60,247 nucleotides of DNA. Origin: Catajapyx aquilonaris. Lineage: Eukaryota. The stretch lies in assembly GCA_000934665.2 (NCBI GenBank), contig KZ538587.1:1-60247 (forward strand), in the 5' to 3' direction. The position numbers and the translations under genes are program-made. Below the pieces are notes generated by a model, which made no database searches, was not told the origin of the DNA, and saw only the letters and a list, made by a program, of their open reading frames with translations. Positions 14,901 to 28,999 of this stretch are shown here, one piece after another (positions within the stretch are counted from its first letter, which is position 1; the number at the start of each line of letters is the position of its first letter).

Positions 14901-16259
14901 AAACCGAAAGCGTGACGGAGATGCGCCTAACATATTGTGGTGGTCTCCATTGGCTGGCTGCTTCCAAAAAAAAAGAGTATGCATTGAGACGAGGGGGGGG
15001 GGGGTTCTCTTATTTCTTTTCTGGAGGATAATCGTGATGGAAAAACCTCTCACACAGGGGCAACAATGGCCGTCCGCCCGAGTCATGACCACCGTGACAC
15101 TACTTGGTGGGGTGTGGGAACCTTGTCCTAAATTAGCTGTTGACATGTTCGGATCTCCACGAGGCGAGATTAGTCACAGAGAGATTGCAGAAGAAGGAGA
15201 GAGAGAGAGAAAAAAAAGGTTGGCAAAAGGGGGCTGCTTCAAGTACAGTGAGTCCATAGTTGGCAGAGTTGGGTTATCGCGCTTTCACGTCCTTAGCCCT
15301 TTGCGGCGCAGTTCCTGTATTAATTCTGTCTCCGTCTTGCGAACTCTGAAGGTTCTTGGGGGTCTCCAGCGATGCTTTATTGTTGGGAGGTACTGCTGGG
15401 AAATCCGGGATTTAATTAGGTTGCACTGCAGGTGACGAACATACACTGCTACTAAGTAATGCTTCAATTAATTGGGGCAAATACACCTCATTTGAACTGG
15501 TGGCATTCTGATTATTAATTTTCCTTCAATTAACTGCTTACTATACGTACAAATCGTCTGATGAACTTGCAAAGGAATGTAAATGAAGAAGGATCTAAAA
15601 TTTATTGTTGATAAACCTAAACCTCCAACAATAGGCAAAATTCCCTTTCATCTTACCGTTTTTCGTATTGTGTAATTCTGGTCATTCGCACCCCCTTACC
15701 TGACTAAATTGGAGGGTCAACAGGTGTCTGAGTCTGATGGGGGTCCCCTGGAAGTAGGAGGTCCAGGAGCTGCAATATAGGCGGAGATTTTTGCACAACC
15801 ACGCCCAACGGGGGACCCTTCCCTTTGCTTCTCTCAAGGCTGCACGACTAACGCCACGAGTCACCTTTCCAATCATCCCAGTTCGGTTAGGTTCGAATAA
15901 AGAGAGAAGGGCAATGGGTTACTGGGTCTGTTCCCTTTGAAGAGCGCCTGCCGTTACTTTATTACTGGACATTACTGTGGGGACTGTGTTAGATTGTAGT
16001 GGGACAAATTTTTGAATTTCTGGCAAAACCTGTTATAACTTAATGTGGTATCAGCCTAATCCAAAACTAATGATGGCAGCAGGTACTATAAAATGACTAT
16101 GCAAATAACACTGAATTAATTTGTATTGAGATTAGCTGACAGGCAGAACAGGTTCCGTGCAGAAAACTGGTTAATTACCTGGTGTACAATTCCAAAGAGA
16201 CACCACCTCAAATTTTCATATATGACACGCACTTATTTTGTTTAGGAAATGACAAAAAA

Positions 16260-16286
16260 CCATGCACTTTCTGAGAAAGTGCATGG
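16260..16286. repeat. Perfect 27-nt palindrome
   Basis: CCATGCACTTTCT-G-AGAAAGTGCATGG: 13-bp arms with a 1-nt centre. Confidence 0.85.
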
Positions 16287-17570
16287 CATGTACTTACAAG
16301 TCAAGGGTGGCCACTCTTGTCGGATATAAATGCCGACCTGTCCCCTTCCGGACACGATAACATCCAGACCACCAACAAACTCCGAAGCTGAAAGATGGCT
16401 ATTAGATCAACGCATTCTGCTGTCTGAGAGTTGACAGATGAAGCTACTCCATTTTTTGCCATACACCAGAAGAAATGCTTGATAATAAGGCATGCAGTCA
16501 TTATTATTTACGATCCTCCCGAATTCTTCTTTTGACAAAATTTAAAAAAAGAAAATGTATAGAGAAATGGGTGAGCCATCAGCAGGCGTGCTCACGGTTG
16601 CCCTTTAGTGGTCTCACTGACACGTTAATCTTTGCCGGTGTGTCAGTTTGTCTTCTGGATATGTCGTGATCTGCTTTTTTCACAGTTCAAGTGGTCAGTT
16701 TGGGAAGGAAAAATTCTTGGCTAATAACCTACCTGTTTTCTGCAATTGTGGGATTGTAGGAACTATAACTTGTGGAAAGCCGTCACGACAAGTCCGCACA
16801 TTGGCCTACATATCGACATTTTAACCAATATTTTTCCAGATACAGTGAGCACCTACTACGCGCATTAATTACTAACCTACCTGGTAATGAGTCTGCCACA
16901 ATCATTGTTCGTGCACAGCAAAAACCGGCTCGCTTGACACCCCAAATCTCTAGTAATAATCGCCATATTAGTGCACCTCGCGTTTTCATTTTCTCCACAA
17001 CGAGCATCATTTGTGTTGTGTCAGACCAGAGTTATTCGACACCAGGCAGCAGAGGAGCCGCCAGATATGAAGAATGACCTGCTGATTGGCCATGGATTAA
17101 ATCCAAACGCCTGTGTAAGCAATACGAAGCGAGCTGTCGGCCCTGTTCGTGTGTCGGATGACTACTAGAAAAAAATAATAATAAAAAAGTGAAATTCCAC
17201 AGGATCGCACGCAAAGACATGGAATTCCAGTTTGGAAAACCGTAACGGCACACGTGGGAGATGGAGTCACGGTAGGTGGTCAACATGAACGGGTCATATC
17301 TAAAGAGGACCAGCAGCCTCCTTGGTCCATGAGGTCATCCTCAGCAGTGTAAGGACCCCTGTTTAGTTTCGTCATTGCGCGGCAGATGGTTGCGTAAAAG
17401 GGACGCCTTGAACTCGGCTGTCCCCAAAGTCCCGACCGATGGCAGATAGTGTCACGGGGAATGAAGAAGTGGCACTTGTTTGGCCAGGGTGGGGTCGAGG
17501 GGGGGCTTCTTTAATGGTGTCCTTTATGGGGGGCAAAGGCACTTTCTGACCTCGTGATTGGATGTCCCTA

Positions 17571-17828
17571 CAGTACGCACATCCTAACTTCTCCAAAAAA
17601 TAGGAATGTTCTAAATATTAGGTAGGGTTTCATAAAAGCATTTCTTTTGTACCGCACTGTACCCACCGATTTGATTGGTGGAACAACCCCCCCCCCTCCC
17701 CCTGCTCCACCAATCAAATCGGTGGGTACAGTGCTGTAAAAAAGAAATGATTTTATGAAACCCTACCTTGTATGGTCACAATATTTAGGGTATGCCTATT
17801 TGTAATAATTTAGGATACGTGGGTGCTG
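17571..17828. mobile_element. Fold-back MITE, Tc1/mariner-type (TA target site)
   Basis: TA at 17569-70 and 17829-30, with CAG...CTG termini. Inner arms 17620-17685 and 17703-17768 are reverse complements with 4 mismatches in 66 nt around a poly-C loop. Outer arms are more degenerate but still alignable. Confidence 0.85.
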
Positions 17829-20800
17829 TAACTATTGCCCACTATTATCTCATAAAGGTGTATTGTTGCATATGAAGTTGGCATCCATTTGACAATCAGC
17901 TCACGAGTACTCATGACGTCGCAGAAAATGTTTCGCTCGGCAGCGTGAAACAAACGCCACCTTTGACACCAGTGGTCACCAGCGCGTGAAGAGGTGACAC
18001 TGACGAGCCTTCTTAACACCTTATTTACCAAGAGTGGAGGTACAAAAGAGGAAGCTAATTCACCAGCAGGTACAAAAAAAAGGTGACTCCTGAATCTCTT
18101 GGTGGTGCCTCAGTCATCCTTTGCTTTTACATAACCGGTTGGTCACCACAGGTGTGTCATATGAGTCTAGTGGAGAAAAAAATGACCACTTGGTTAGTTA
18201 TGTCTCAGGCGGAGGATGCGGAATGTTGCTACTCCCATGCCCTAGGTATATGCCTACACATGTGGCTTACCTGGTTTTGAAATATGGTAGGTGTGGCGCT
18301 CCAGTAAATGAGGTGCGTCACTTTTTTTTGGCTGGTAGCACATGCAGCTACCTTACAGTAATTACAGGGTTTGGTGCACCGAGTTGCGCAAGTCTTCCGC
18401 AAAGACATTTTTTAAATGCGAAGGACGGGCCCATTCATTGCGGATGATTAACGGGTTATATGAGAGATGAGGCATGCGTGATACCTTGAATACTTATGCA
18501 GCAAATGGCTAGATTTATTACTGATTAGTGTCCAATATGGCTATTTTCAGAGGTGGCGGGGCACACCTTATTATATATATAATTATTGCTTTATAACGAC
18601 TGGTTCTTATAGGGCCCACCCACCTTAATCAAGGAAGAAGTGCTTATCTCAGCCATGCAATTTGCAAATCTGCTAGCTCATGTTGGGCTCATAAAGAGAG
18701 ATTCCTCCCCTCAAGGGTTGTAACCTCTTTTGATTATTATTTTTCACGGGGCCTAACAATAGAGAGAGAAACTGCCCATCACACCTCACAATTGTTCGGG
18801 TGACAGTTAGGCTCTTTGTGGAACCGTTCAACTTATGGGCTGATATATGGCGGACCCAGGTGTATAAAAAGGGACATCTCCAAATTGCTTGAGATTATTG
18901 TAAACATGCATTGTTTGCTAGAAGTTTGTCGCAAGGTCATTTCAAGTTGTGACTGGAATTAGTGCAACGAGCCGAAAAATTATTATCTTGCTAGTGCACA
19001 TAGGGCTACCTGGACAGGGCGTGGTCACATAGTAAAACATTAATGGAGACAATCACAAGTATTTATGCCAACCTATAGGCGTACACATTATTCATAAACT
19101 CGAGCTTAAAAATTTGATGAGGATATGATTTTCAGCATTTTGACAACTCTGACTCTGGTTGTGCTAATGATAGGTTTGTACATCAACACAAGTGGCGGTC
19201 ATGTATGACATCGTATGTGACGCAAGACGATTGTTGTGCGTGCTCCTCAATTTGTCGTCATTCTAAGACACGATAACGTCAAGGCAGTTCCGGAACACTT
19301 GTCTCACCCCCTGGTTTTTTATAGTGACAGTATTACTTTACCTGTCCAATGAAGCGGTGAGGAAAGTCTCAATTGGACAGTTTCAATTTTGGAATAAATA
19401 GAGCGAGACTCCAATTGCCATTGATCTTCATCCGTCAGCTCTTTATAGAAAGTAATTTTTTTCTGAGTATGTGTTCCAATTGTGGTGTTTTGGTTCACTA
19501 AGCTAGCTAATATTTTCGACAAAACTGCAACCAACACCTCAACTGCATATGCCGAAAAAAAATTGCGTGCCATTTTTCATATCATTCGAGCAAATTATAC
19601 CAGCCGGTTCTTTATGACATAATAAATATCGGCAAGGAGTTACAGACACCCACTATCTTATACACTCCCTGAATTAATAGTCTTCCACACGTAATTCAGA
19701 GCAGGAGACCCACTGGGGCGTAATTTCACCCAATTGTTATGCGAGTGAGAAGCGTCCCAGAAAATTGTCCGATTAAGGGCCTCAATTATGCCATAAATAG
19801 GTGCAACTCACACGATTCCTTTCACAAAAATTGAGTCCCCCTACTGTGTCGAAACAGCAAAGTCGAATTTCGGAAGGATACGTTGAGTGAAAGGACTTTG
19901 AAAGTTGGACCTCCCCATTTTTTTGGACAGTGTGTCCATCATAATATATCTGTCTCGGTTCCGTTACAACCTACTCTCCTGACCATTTTGAAGGAACGCC
20001 GATAAAAGTCCAGAAGGAAGGAGAGAAAAAAAATGTATGGAAGGTCGCACGAGTCGTCACACTTTCTTGGCTACCACACCCTATCATCAGGCCAAACCGT
20101 CGCAGCCTTGTCTTAGTTTCGCAAATTCATCTCGTTTTTTTATATATAAAAAATTCGACCGATTGAGAATGCCTGGGATCCAATCAAGCGTGTTGTGTTA
20201 CCAAGGATTATTTGGAAACATAATTATCCTGGAAGAATGCATCAGATTTTTGGCAGACACACATTCGCTTTCACCTGACCTCAGGAATAGCATAAGGTGT
20301 TAGGCTTTCCTTTTTCTTGCGAAATATTTCTCGCGAACTCACACTCATTTCACACCCCGGCCAATTTTTTTTTTCTTCTTCTTCATTCTGGAGCAAGGGT
20401 TTTCTCGTGTCGGAGCAGAACTCAATTACATCCTAGACGCCTGTCCGTCATGTCGCCAGTCACACAAGAGAACCATCACGGGTTGTGAAAAAGCTAAGGC
20501 CGCCGCAGGAGGGCTAGATATTTTTTGCGTCAAAAATGAATGATAAACTGACATTATGAGGTCAAGTGTGAAGCCTTTGTGGCGTCTTCAGTTGCACAAT
20601 ATTTGTGCACGAGTCTCGCTTTAGCCATGCCTTTTAAAAACATGCATTTATAATAATAACGATTGGGCTTAATAGCAATCCTAATAATAGCTGTTATTAA
20701 AGTTAACTAATAATATGCTTGATATGTATAGTGTTGTCAACTTAATCATTTCAGTATGTATTTATTTAATATTAAAATTCTTCGTTGTATGACCGAAGCT

Positions 20801-22550
20801 CCTGATTGGCCTGCCCTATATTGTTTGCGCGACGCTTCTGATTGGCCCCCGTTCTGCGCCAGCGCAATGGGGAAGGCAGCGCCTCTGGTGGATGGAACTA
20901 GTTTATCTACAGTATAAATTCCTACCACTCCAGTGATATTTTCGTTGATTGCATGCCTTCGTTTCATTAATTTCCTTTTCTTTCATTTGGCCTCGAGCTA
21001 ATATGCGAACATAATAATTTAACAGTATTGACGTTAATGTATCCTTCTGTGTGGTGCACCCGAGGCGTACGTATATATCATGTGAATTGTGTGTACCTGA
21101 CTTGTTACCAGTGACAATCATTCCTTACGGTTGCTGATGATGTGACCAATCTTGGGGCCTAGCCAGAGAGAACGAACGACATTGCAAATTGGTCCCGTCT
21201 CCAGCTCGGTTGCAAATTACCTTCCCAACAATTGACCCAAAGTTCTCTGTCGTGAAAACTGCCTCCTCCCCACCTCCACCTCCTCCTTCCTTTAGTTAGG
21301 AATTAGCCATTATCTCCGCTACCCAATTCCGCAGTTTCTCCATACCCTACACCACTTCCGATGGGTGTGACATCCGACAATGACGTGCTTGATTTCTCCC
21401 GGTGTTTTTTTTTTTGTGTGTGTGTCTGGTACCTTTGCCTTACTTCTATACCCTTGGAAGTGTATCACTTGGAAAATTCCTTAAAAGTAGGACCATTTGC
21501 TGCCGGCTCTTGGAGAAGAAGTCAAGCAGTAACATCCTTGGATCTAATTTAGCTCGAACTAGTACAAGGTTTCTTGGAGCTTCAGTTAGGTGACACCAAA
21601 AGGTGATGCAATTTCCCAGAGCAGAATTGGTCACTCCAGCAAATCGGCTCTAAAAACAACAATCACGAGATTTTCGGCTACATTTCTACATTTTGATCAA
21701 GTGCTGACTCCACATTGAAATTATCTAAATTAACTGTAGCTTGAATCATTAGAAGCGTACCACTTTCTGGTCCGATGCTATTCACAAATGGACATCCAAC
21801 GGACCGGAATAGCTAATATATCACTGCTGGGATTTGAATAGCCAGCCCTGCAGTGTTGCTGTCTTGCTTATTCTTCTTACTTACCAGGGAGTGGACAGGC
21901 TTGGTAGAGACGTGTTGAAACGCACAGAGACAGATCAATTACAAGGGCCTTTTTGCCTGTGGAGACTGAGATGACAGGCACATTATACCCGATTGGCATG
22001 GGAGGGCTTCTGGACTGCTACCTGCGATTTTGACACACTGCTCATTAACTCCCCCGTATATCCTTACCATTCGAGAAACAATCGGCTGCATCTCCTGATG
22101 ACTATTAACCCACTAACCTTGGATTCATCTCCATCCAGCATAGATCAGCGTCCATCTTTGTCCAAAAGCTCAGTTGTTGTTTTTCTTCTTGTTGCATTAT
22201 TCCGATCTGGCCATCAGAGACAAGGATGGACCCCATCGTGCTTCCGCCGGCAGCCACAGTTGTAGTTAATTACAGTTCGAGAGAAGGATTGTGACGTCAC
22301 GTCAAGCCCGTAATTGCACGCTGCCGTTAAGTACAAGGTATTTGGAACCACCCATTTCCCTCAAGGGAACAAGATGAGGCTTGGGCAGCGTCGGATTATG
22401 TGGGGATTTAATATATGGAGAGGTGAATCAACTGAATACTGATATGGACCATGTTTGGTGCATTTCAACCCCAACGACACAAAGTGATTGACAACGACGC
22501 TGTGTGAACCCACTTGTTTTCTCCCAAGTCTTCTAGATTGACAATACATA

Positions 22551-22700
22551 CAGTCCGTTTTACCAAAGAACGACCTGACGTCACACTAGCCGTGTTTTTA
22601 AGCACGCGCAGTAGTATGCTTGCAGAGCGCTTCGGGAACATGATTGGAGGGAACAGCCGGATGAAAGTGACGTCAGATCGTTCTTTGGTTTAACGGACTG
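22551..22700. mobile_element. 150-bp MITE, Tc1/mariner-type
   Basis: 34-bp TIRs: CAGTCCGTTTTACCAAAGAACGACCTGACGTCAC (22551-22584) versus 22667-22700, 3 mismatches. TA on both sides (22549-50, 22701-02). Confidence 0.92.
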
Positions 22701-23966
22701 TATGACAGTAAATTTTCTTAATTGTGATTTTTTTTTTAAAAGTTACATAAAATGATGCAAGAACATTTCAGCAATTCTGTAGCCATTCAGCTGGTGAAAT
22801 ACTATTTTAATTTTTTCCAGATTTTTCCCCCTGTACGATGCAGCTTAATTAGAACATTGGAAGTGCCAGTGACAGTAAGTTGTCTCACAATTTTTGCCCC
22901 TGAACCCGCCCTTGTGTCCGACCCTCGCTGGTCTGGAATGATTTGTGTCAATGTACACGGGAAGCACCAATCACACGGCCGATCGAAGGACGGTCGCCAA
23001 TTCCTATGCGTAACACGGTGCTGCTGCAGGTGTGCTGTGCAAAAACCTTCTGATCAGGTCAGGTTTTTCGGTTGCACCTTGATTGTCGCATATGTTGCAT
23101 CAAATCCGCCCAACAATTCTTTTTAAAAATGGTTCGCTGATTCATCGCACGCTACACTGCCTCCTCCGGTATAAGGTCGTCCACTTCTGCTGCCAGTCAA
23201 CCAGAATTAACTCGAGCTGTGGCAAAACCAGATGCAAAATGCAAAACAGGGCTCTTGCGACAATTTGCACAGATAATCTTTAATGAATGAGTACATTTCG
23301 TATTTTTTGCACGCAAACTTTCACCCTGTCCGAGGTCATTCGCGAATGTGTCATGTTGGTTGACTTTCGTTGATATGTCACGTCAAAGTTGTAATAAGAC
23401 AGAGGTACTTCATTCATTCTGACCCCAAAATTGACATTTTGCAGTGATATTAGAGGCCAATGTCCGCTTTTTTTTCACTTGCACTCCGGAGGTCACCATT
23501 TGGACGGATACATTTGAGGTTTGTGACCTCCGCAGGTGCCTGAGCCCAATTCAATGCGGAATGATGAGAGAGGCGGATGATTGCGGTTCCTGGCTATTTG
23601 TCCTGGCTGGAGGCTGAGTGTGCAAGGGGCCTGTGCCGCTTCTCATTAGGATTGGTTTAGCCAAACAAATCTCATTATGGGCCATTATGGATCGCGGCTG
23701 TAATTGTTTCCGCCGCAAGAATGCAATAAAAGTCGACATTGCCCTGGAGGCGGACGTAAATTAAATCCAGCTCTACGGGACGTCTTTTTGTCATTGCAGT
23801 TTATTTGACTTTTAACCCATTTTGCACGGATGTTGCGTAGGGGCCTACTGCATGTCCTGGAGAATTTATGAGCAGGTGTGATATGTGGTTATTGCGTAAT
23901 TAATAGGTCTAACATTCTGCTGCTCTATAAGATTTTTAATATCACATGCAGCAATGAAACAATGTA

Positions 23967-24050
23967 CGCTGTAATGTACCGATGCATGTACCGACTTGTA
24001 GACGGTATTTGTTGATTAACAGCCTCCAAGTTGGTACATGCGTTACAGTG
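23967..24050. mobile_element. 84-bp MITE with CRCTGTAA termini, TA-flanked
   Basis: TA|CGCTGTAA...TTACAGTG|TA with an internal inverted CATGTACC/GGTACATG. Shares the exact 15-mer CAAATACCGTCTACA (reverse complement at 23997-24011) with 24881-24895. Confidence 0.7.
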
Positions 24051-24736
24051 TATGGTGGCAACAATTTCAGAGATCATGCCTCAAATTGAAAAAGGTAATG
24101 TTGCCAAAGCCCATCAACAAACGCGTTAACGTCACCCATACTTTTACTCCATGCCAGGAAAACTCAAAATGACAGTAGTTGCGACGCTGTGAGCACTTCA
24201 TTTGTGCCCCATATTACCGACATTGAACCGGGTTTTACGCCCCCGTAAATCTCTTGAGGTGCCAGAAACGATGGTCCACCAGTGCATAACTCATTAGTCA
24301 AAGATACGCCCCTGCACTCTTCGAGAGCGAACTTTGAGAGAGGGTTGTGAGTATGCGAAAGTCAAAGGGAAAATGGCTCTGTGTTTACGAGTCCGGGTGC
24401 TTCATATGCCCCTCCCTTAAAAAGAAAAAAAAAACGAGAGTTACGGCAGGTTTCATTCCAGCGAGTCACTTTACGAGGCACAAAGGACGCCCTCCTTGAA
24501 TAAATCAGTAGGCCGCCCTCTGGGGAAGAGAGTCTTGCGCCCAGGTTTGTGTAAAACCACCCCAGTTGAAGGAATGATGAGTTGTAATAATTAGAAAGGG
24601 GGTGTATGCTGAAGCAGGGTGTGGGCCAAAGGCTTTCCATCATTGTCATGGAATTTGGATGGGGTGTGTTTTGATAGATGCATTTTGAAAGTTCTTATTG
24701 AGGGATTTTTTGGAGCTGATTATTCCAAAAAAGGTA

Positions 24737-24953
24737 CACTGTAATTCATGTATCGTTTACGGAGGTGGTACTTTGTTATCAACAAAAGTACCGTCTACGA
24801 TACTGACTTGTAAACAGTTCATAGTTAAGATGTACTGACTTGAAAATGGTACATCACTATTCATGTATCGATTTGGACATCAAATACCGTCTACAGTACT
24901 GACATTAGGTATTATTTTTTGATCACAAAATACCACCTCAAAATCGGTACATG
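24737..24953. mobile_element. Degenerate MITE of the same family as 23967-24050, right end truncated
   Basis: Starts TA|CACTGTAATTCATGTATCG. Sub-terminal segment CATGTATCG..GAGGTGGTACTTTGTTATCAA matches the reverse complement of about 24908-24953. Internal direct repeats TTCATGTATCG and TACCGTCTAC..TACTGAC. Confidence 0.65.
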
Positions 24954-24957
24954 TAGA

Positions 24958-25273
24958 CAGGATGTTTCAACTTTTTTGTCTTAACAGTTATCGGAAAACT
25001 GCACGTAGCTGCTACTTTGTAAGCAGTGACTTGCAACCGGTGATTTGTCGGAGGAATGGGGAATGGGGAAAAAGAGGGTCACACATTCCAAGGCATGTGT
25101 GACCCTCCTTTTCCAGGCTTGAGCGGACAGCACGTATCCCACATCAACCTACGATTCGCAGGGAATATCCCCCGTTCCTCCGAAAAATCACCGTTTGCAA
25201 GTCACTGCTTACAAAGTAGCAGCTACGTGCAATTTTCCAATAACTGTTCGGACAAAAAAGTTGAAACACCCTG
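24958..25273. mobile_element. 316-bp MITE with long TIRs, Tc1/mariner-type (CAGGGTG terminus)
   Basis: 104-bp TIRs, 24958-25061 versus 25170-25273, 8 mismatches by eye. Right end CACCCTG|TA; the left flank reads GA instead of TA. Internal hairpin GAGGGTCACACAT...ATGTGTGACCCTC. Confidence 0.92.
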
Positions 25274-28200
25274 TATTATGTACATGGTGTTTACTATTTA
25301 TTAATGATGCTGGATACCAGGCGTCGTTTGACACTCTGAAATTGTGGAACACCCTGTAGTTGCCTGTTACGCCATATGTTAAGTAATTTTTAACAGATAG
25401 GCGGTGGCAGTTTCCTCACGCACATGATGGAATTGGGTGGTTTTTTGACGAACCCTTTTTTGCAATGCTTTTTGTTCCGCCCTGTTCATATAGGATGAAC
25501 CTGGGCCGGATAATTATTTTTCACTGCCTCCACTTTTTCTCTCTAGGAAAGCGCCTGGTTATTGAAACCTGTGAAGAAATTTATGCCCCGATTTTCACGG
25601 ATACACCCAGTAATTTGTGGGATTAACCTTTTCATGCGTAGGAGGCTCGCATTTTGAATTTGCAACCTGCCGGACGGAAATTGGACACATGTGTAAAAGC
25701 CCTAATTATTCGGCTTTCTCGATATTTTTGCAATCAGCCGATTTTTGGGGTTTGAACGGAAATTGGCGCTACCTGATGAGCAGTTTTGTATGCGAAGCTC
25801 GTACTGTAATGAATTTGCTCCGTAACATCACATCTCGTCTGATGAACCTCAAACATCGCTGCTTACAAAAAATCACATTATTCATCCCAACGAGCCAAGA
25901 GCCCGCAATTACAGACAGTAATTAATGCGCGGACGATTTCGCAAACATTGCAAGATTAGCATACTAATCAGTAGTTCCAAAAAGTCTTTATACCGCAACA
26001 TCCTTTTTTTTATATAAAAAAGGACGGCATGGAAACAGTAAAGCATGATTGTTGTCCTTCCACGCGTAACACTTTTTCAACAATTTATCAACCCTGCCGT
26101 CCAGATAACAATCCGCTCTTTGATTTAACGCCTTCGCAGATGACAGGCAAAATTGATGGCAAATGGAAAGAATTCGCTCTGTAATTAGAGCATCGGAATT
26201 AAAAAGGGAGCCCCTCCTCACTTGTGAGGTGGCTTTCTGCTGACGTAATGCTCCTGATCACCTGTATTAATTGAATGTTATCGGTGTCGTGGAGGCCGTT
26301 CAAAGAGAGTCATTAAATATGACTGATACAATGATTCGCGTCACATAAATAGTATCAGTGTTGGGTTTGACAGGTCTCAATTTGTGATAGATATCATGCG
26401 ATTTTTTGGAGATGGCCCGAGGGTACCATGACGCTGGATTTTTTTTTGCATAAATTTAGCAGTGCTTTAGCTTAAATTTATGTTGTATTCGCTGTTTTCC
26501 TTCAAACTTTCTTCATTCACAAGTCAATGTAGGCAATGAATTATTGGGTGAAACAGCAGGTGAGAATGTCCGTTATCAGATCTGTAAAAGCTTCACCGCA
26601 ACATAGGAATGCAACTATTCACGTCCTTGTGCAAATAACCCCCTCCGGGATTCATATGCATCAATCCGCACCCAATCCAGCACCGTCCTTGATTTCACTG
26701 TGATTCGAAACACACATCAGATTTTATAAGTTGTTAACCCCCCCAACAAAAACCTGTAATGAACCCTAGGTACGAACACATGTACCGCCCTTTTGAAACG
26801 TGCATCCTTCCAAAAGACGGACTAGGTTCTGTTAGTTCGTGAGAAGGAAGATACAACACACAGCGAGACTTAATCCCCAGCAGCATCTTCTATTCAACAC
26901 CCGTGGCCATCAGCATCGCGTGGCTCACTGGGATCCAGCTTTCGGCTTTCTCCGATCTTCTTCTTCTGCTCGGACCGGTCGCCTTCCCCGCCCCGGGGCA
27001 ATAGTCAGGGCGCTGCCCTTTTTTTGCTGACTGGTGCATGCCCCCTTCGACCCATCATCATCATGATGGAGGATGCTTAGTGAAGAAGAAGCCAGGCTAG
27101 AAAGCATCCGATCGGATGTCCCCCGGCTTGTTTTGGAGGGGAAAGTGTACACCCAGAACTTTTGATCCAGTAATTGTCGTGCCCGGCCCTCTAAACTTGT
27201 TGTAAGAGCGGATGATGAGCACACAGAAAAAATGAGGACGTGTACACAGTGTTGGCTGATATTGCTAGTTACACTGTGTTTTGTAATGATATTGACACTG
27301 GAGTTGAATATCTTGTAAACCGCAAAACATTTTAAAAAGCATCACTGGTGAGTCTCCCATGTTTTAATGCTCTTGTAATGCTAAAAAAGCATCACAATAG
27401 CATTAAAAATTGATGCAATTTTACACCATCCTGTATATTGGTATGCATGGACGGAACTGAGGCGCAGCTGTGAAGAAAGCTTTACAATAAAAAGTGGGGG
27501 CAAGAAATCACCAAACCTCACAAAAGGCCCATTAATCAGCCCCGTCCTGTACCGGTACACCGGTATTTGTCACCCCTCGATAGTATCCCCGTAGTCTAAC
27601 TGTCATCTCCTTTTGTTTAATGGAGGGCGTCTTTTTCGCGCAGTCAGTGTTTACGCCACCCTTGGTACAATTCACCTCACAGCGATATCGGTCTGGCAAG
27701 GTAGGTAGGCACCCATACCTGATCCGAATCGTGGAAGTGAAAGCAACAAAAGGGTCAAATCCAGTTCTTGCGGGAGCTGTTACTTCCATATTGGTGCACC
27801 TCAAAAGCCCCACTTTTTCCTCCTCCCCTCCTGGCCAGACCCCACTTCTTCCTCGTTAGGAGATGCTGAAGAGGCCCATTCGGCGACAATTAGAGGGTGA
27901 CCACCATGAAGCAGCGGAAGGAGGACTTTCTATATGGGTGGGGACACCCGGCTGCCCAGAAACAATGCGATTACTGGAACTTGCTATCCGCGGTCTCTGA
28001 AAAAATAATCGCACAAAAGGAGGATTTTTAAAAAGCATTTTTTTTACGCAAGTGGCACATTTTTCAGCAGCAAACGAATCCGAAATCGCCAAAATCAACT
28101 ACATATACATTTTGCTTCACCCTGACCGAAAACACACAGGGTGACCCAAAAAGTCTGGACAAAAAAGCCGAGCGAGATATCCGAGCGAAAGGTGACGGGT

Positions 28201-28999
28201 GTGTTGATAGATCTTCTTACCTATTCTCACACTCCCCGCAGAAAACAATATGCAAATCTGTTCAGCAATCGGTCTCGCCCTTTCTGAAAATTGCTGGTTA
28301 CCGACATCTATTCCTCCATTTGAACTGGGTGGTGCTTCATTTACCGGCTAGAAAATATAGGAGGTGCGTGTCCATTCCGGGCAAGGTCATTCTACCTTTT
28401 TTTTATCACATATATTTGCACCCCCAAGTTATTCACACACCCCTCACACTGGAATCATTTTTCCTGCCGGACCACATGTTGTAAAGTAGCGAAGTATAGG
28501 GCGTTTTTTTCATATATAGTTTTTTCGGGGGCGTCCGGGGCGTTCACTTTCACCGGAGATGGTTGCCCGGGGCCAAGGTAGGGCACTGGATCCAGAGTGG
28601 GCTTCTGTGGCTGCTCCCGTGGGTTACCCCCCTTTATCACCCCCCACCATATACCCCTAAGGAAAGGCAGGAACCGGTCCCATATAGGCTGTGTTATTAT
28701 GTATTCGCGAAAGGTGAGGAGCCTTGTGTCTGATCTTGACACAGACAGACCGTTAGTCTTTGAGTTATTTCCTGGAGTTTTAAAATGAGTGAAATGACAC
28801 TTTGTGTTTTGTCGGAAGCCCTATTTTGGTGTTGCGTAAATAAATATTTTGTGACGTGGGCGAATATAAGTTCCGGCATATTGTTAGAATTAATTGCGAA
28901 TTTAGTGTTGCATGCAAATTGAGAGGCGGATGGGTTTCTTTGGAGGTCGAATAGTAGATTGTCATCACTCTAGTGCTCAATATCCACATTAACAGAATA

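Noticed and set aside
25773..25800. CTGATGAG-CA...TGC-GAAG hammerhead-like core
   Set aside because: GAAG instead of GAAA and no convincing stem I or stem III.
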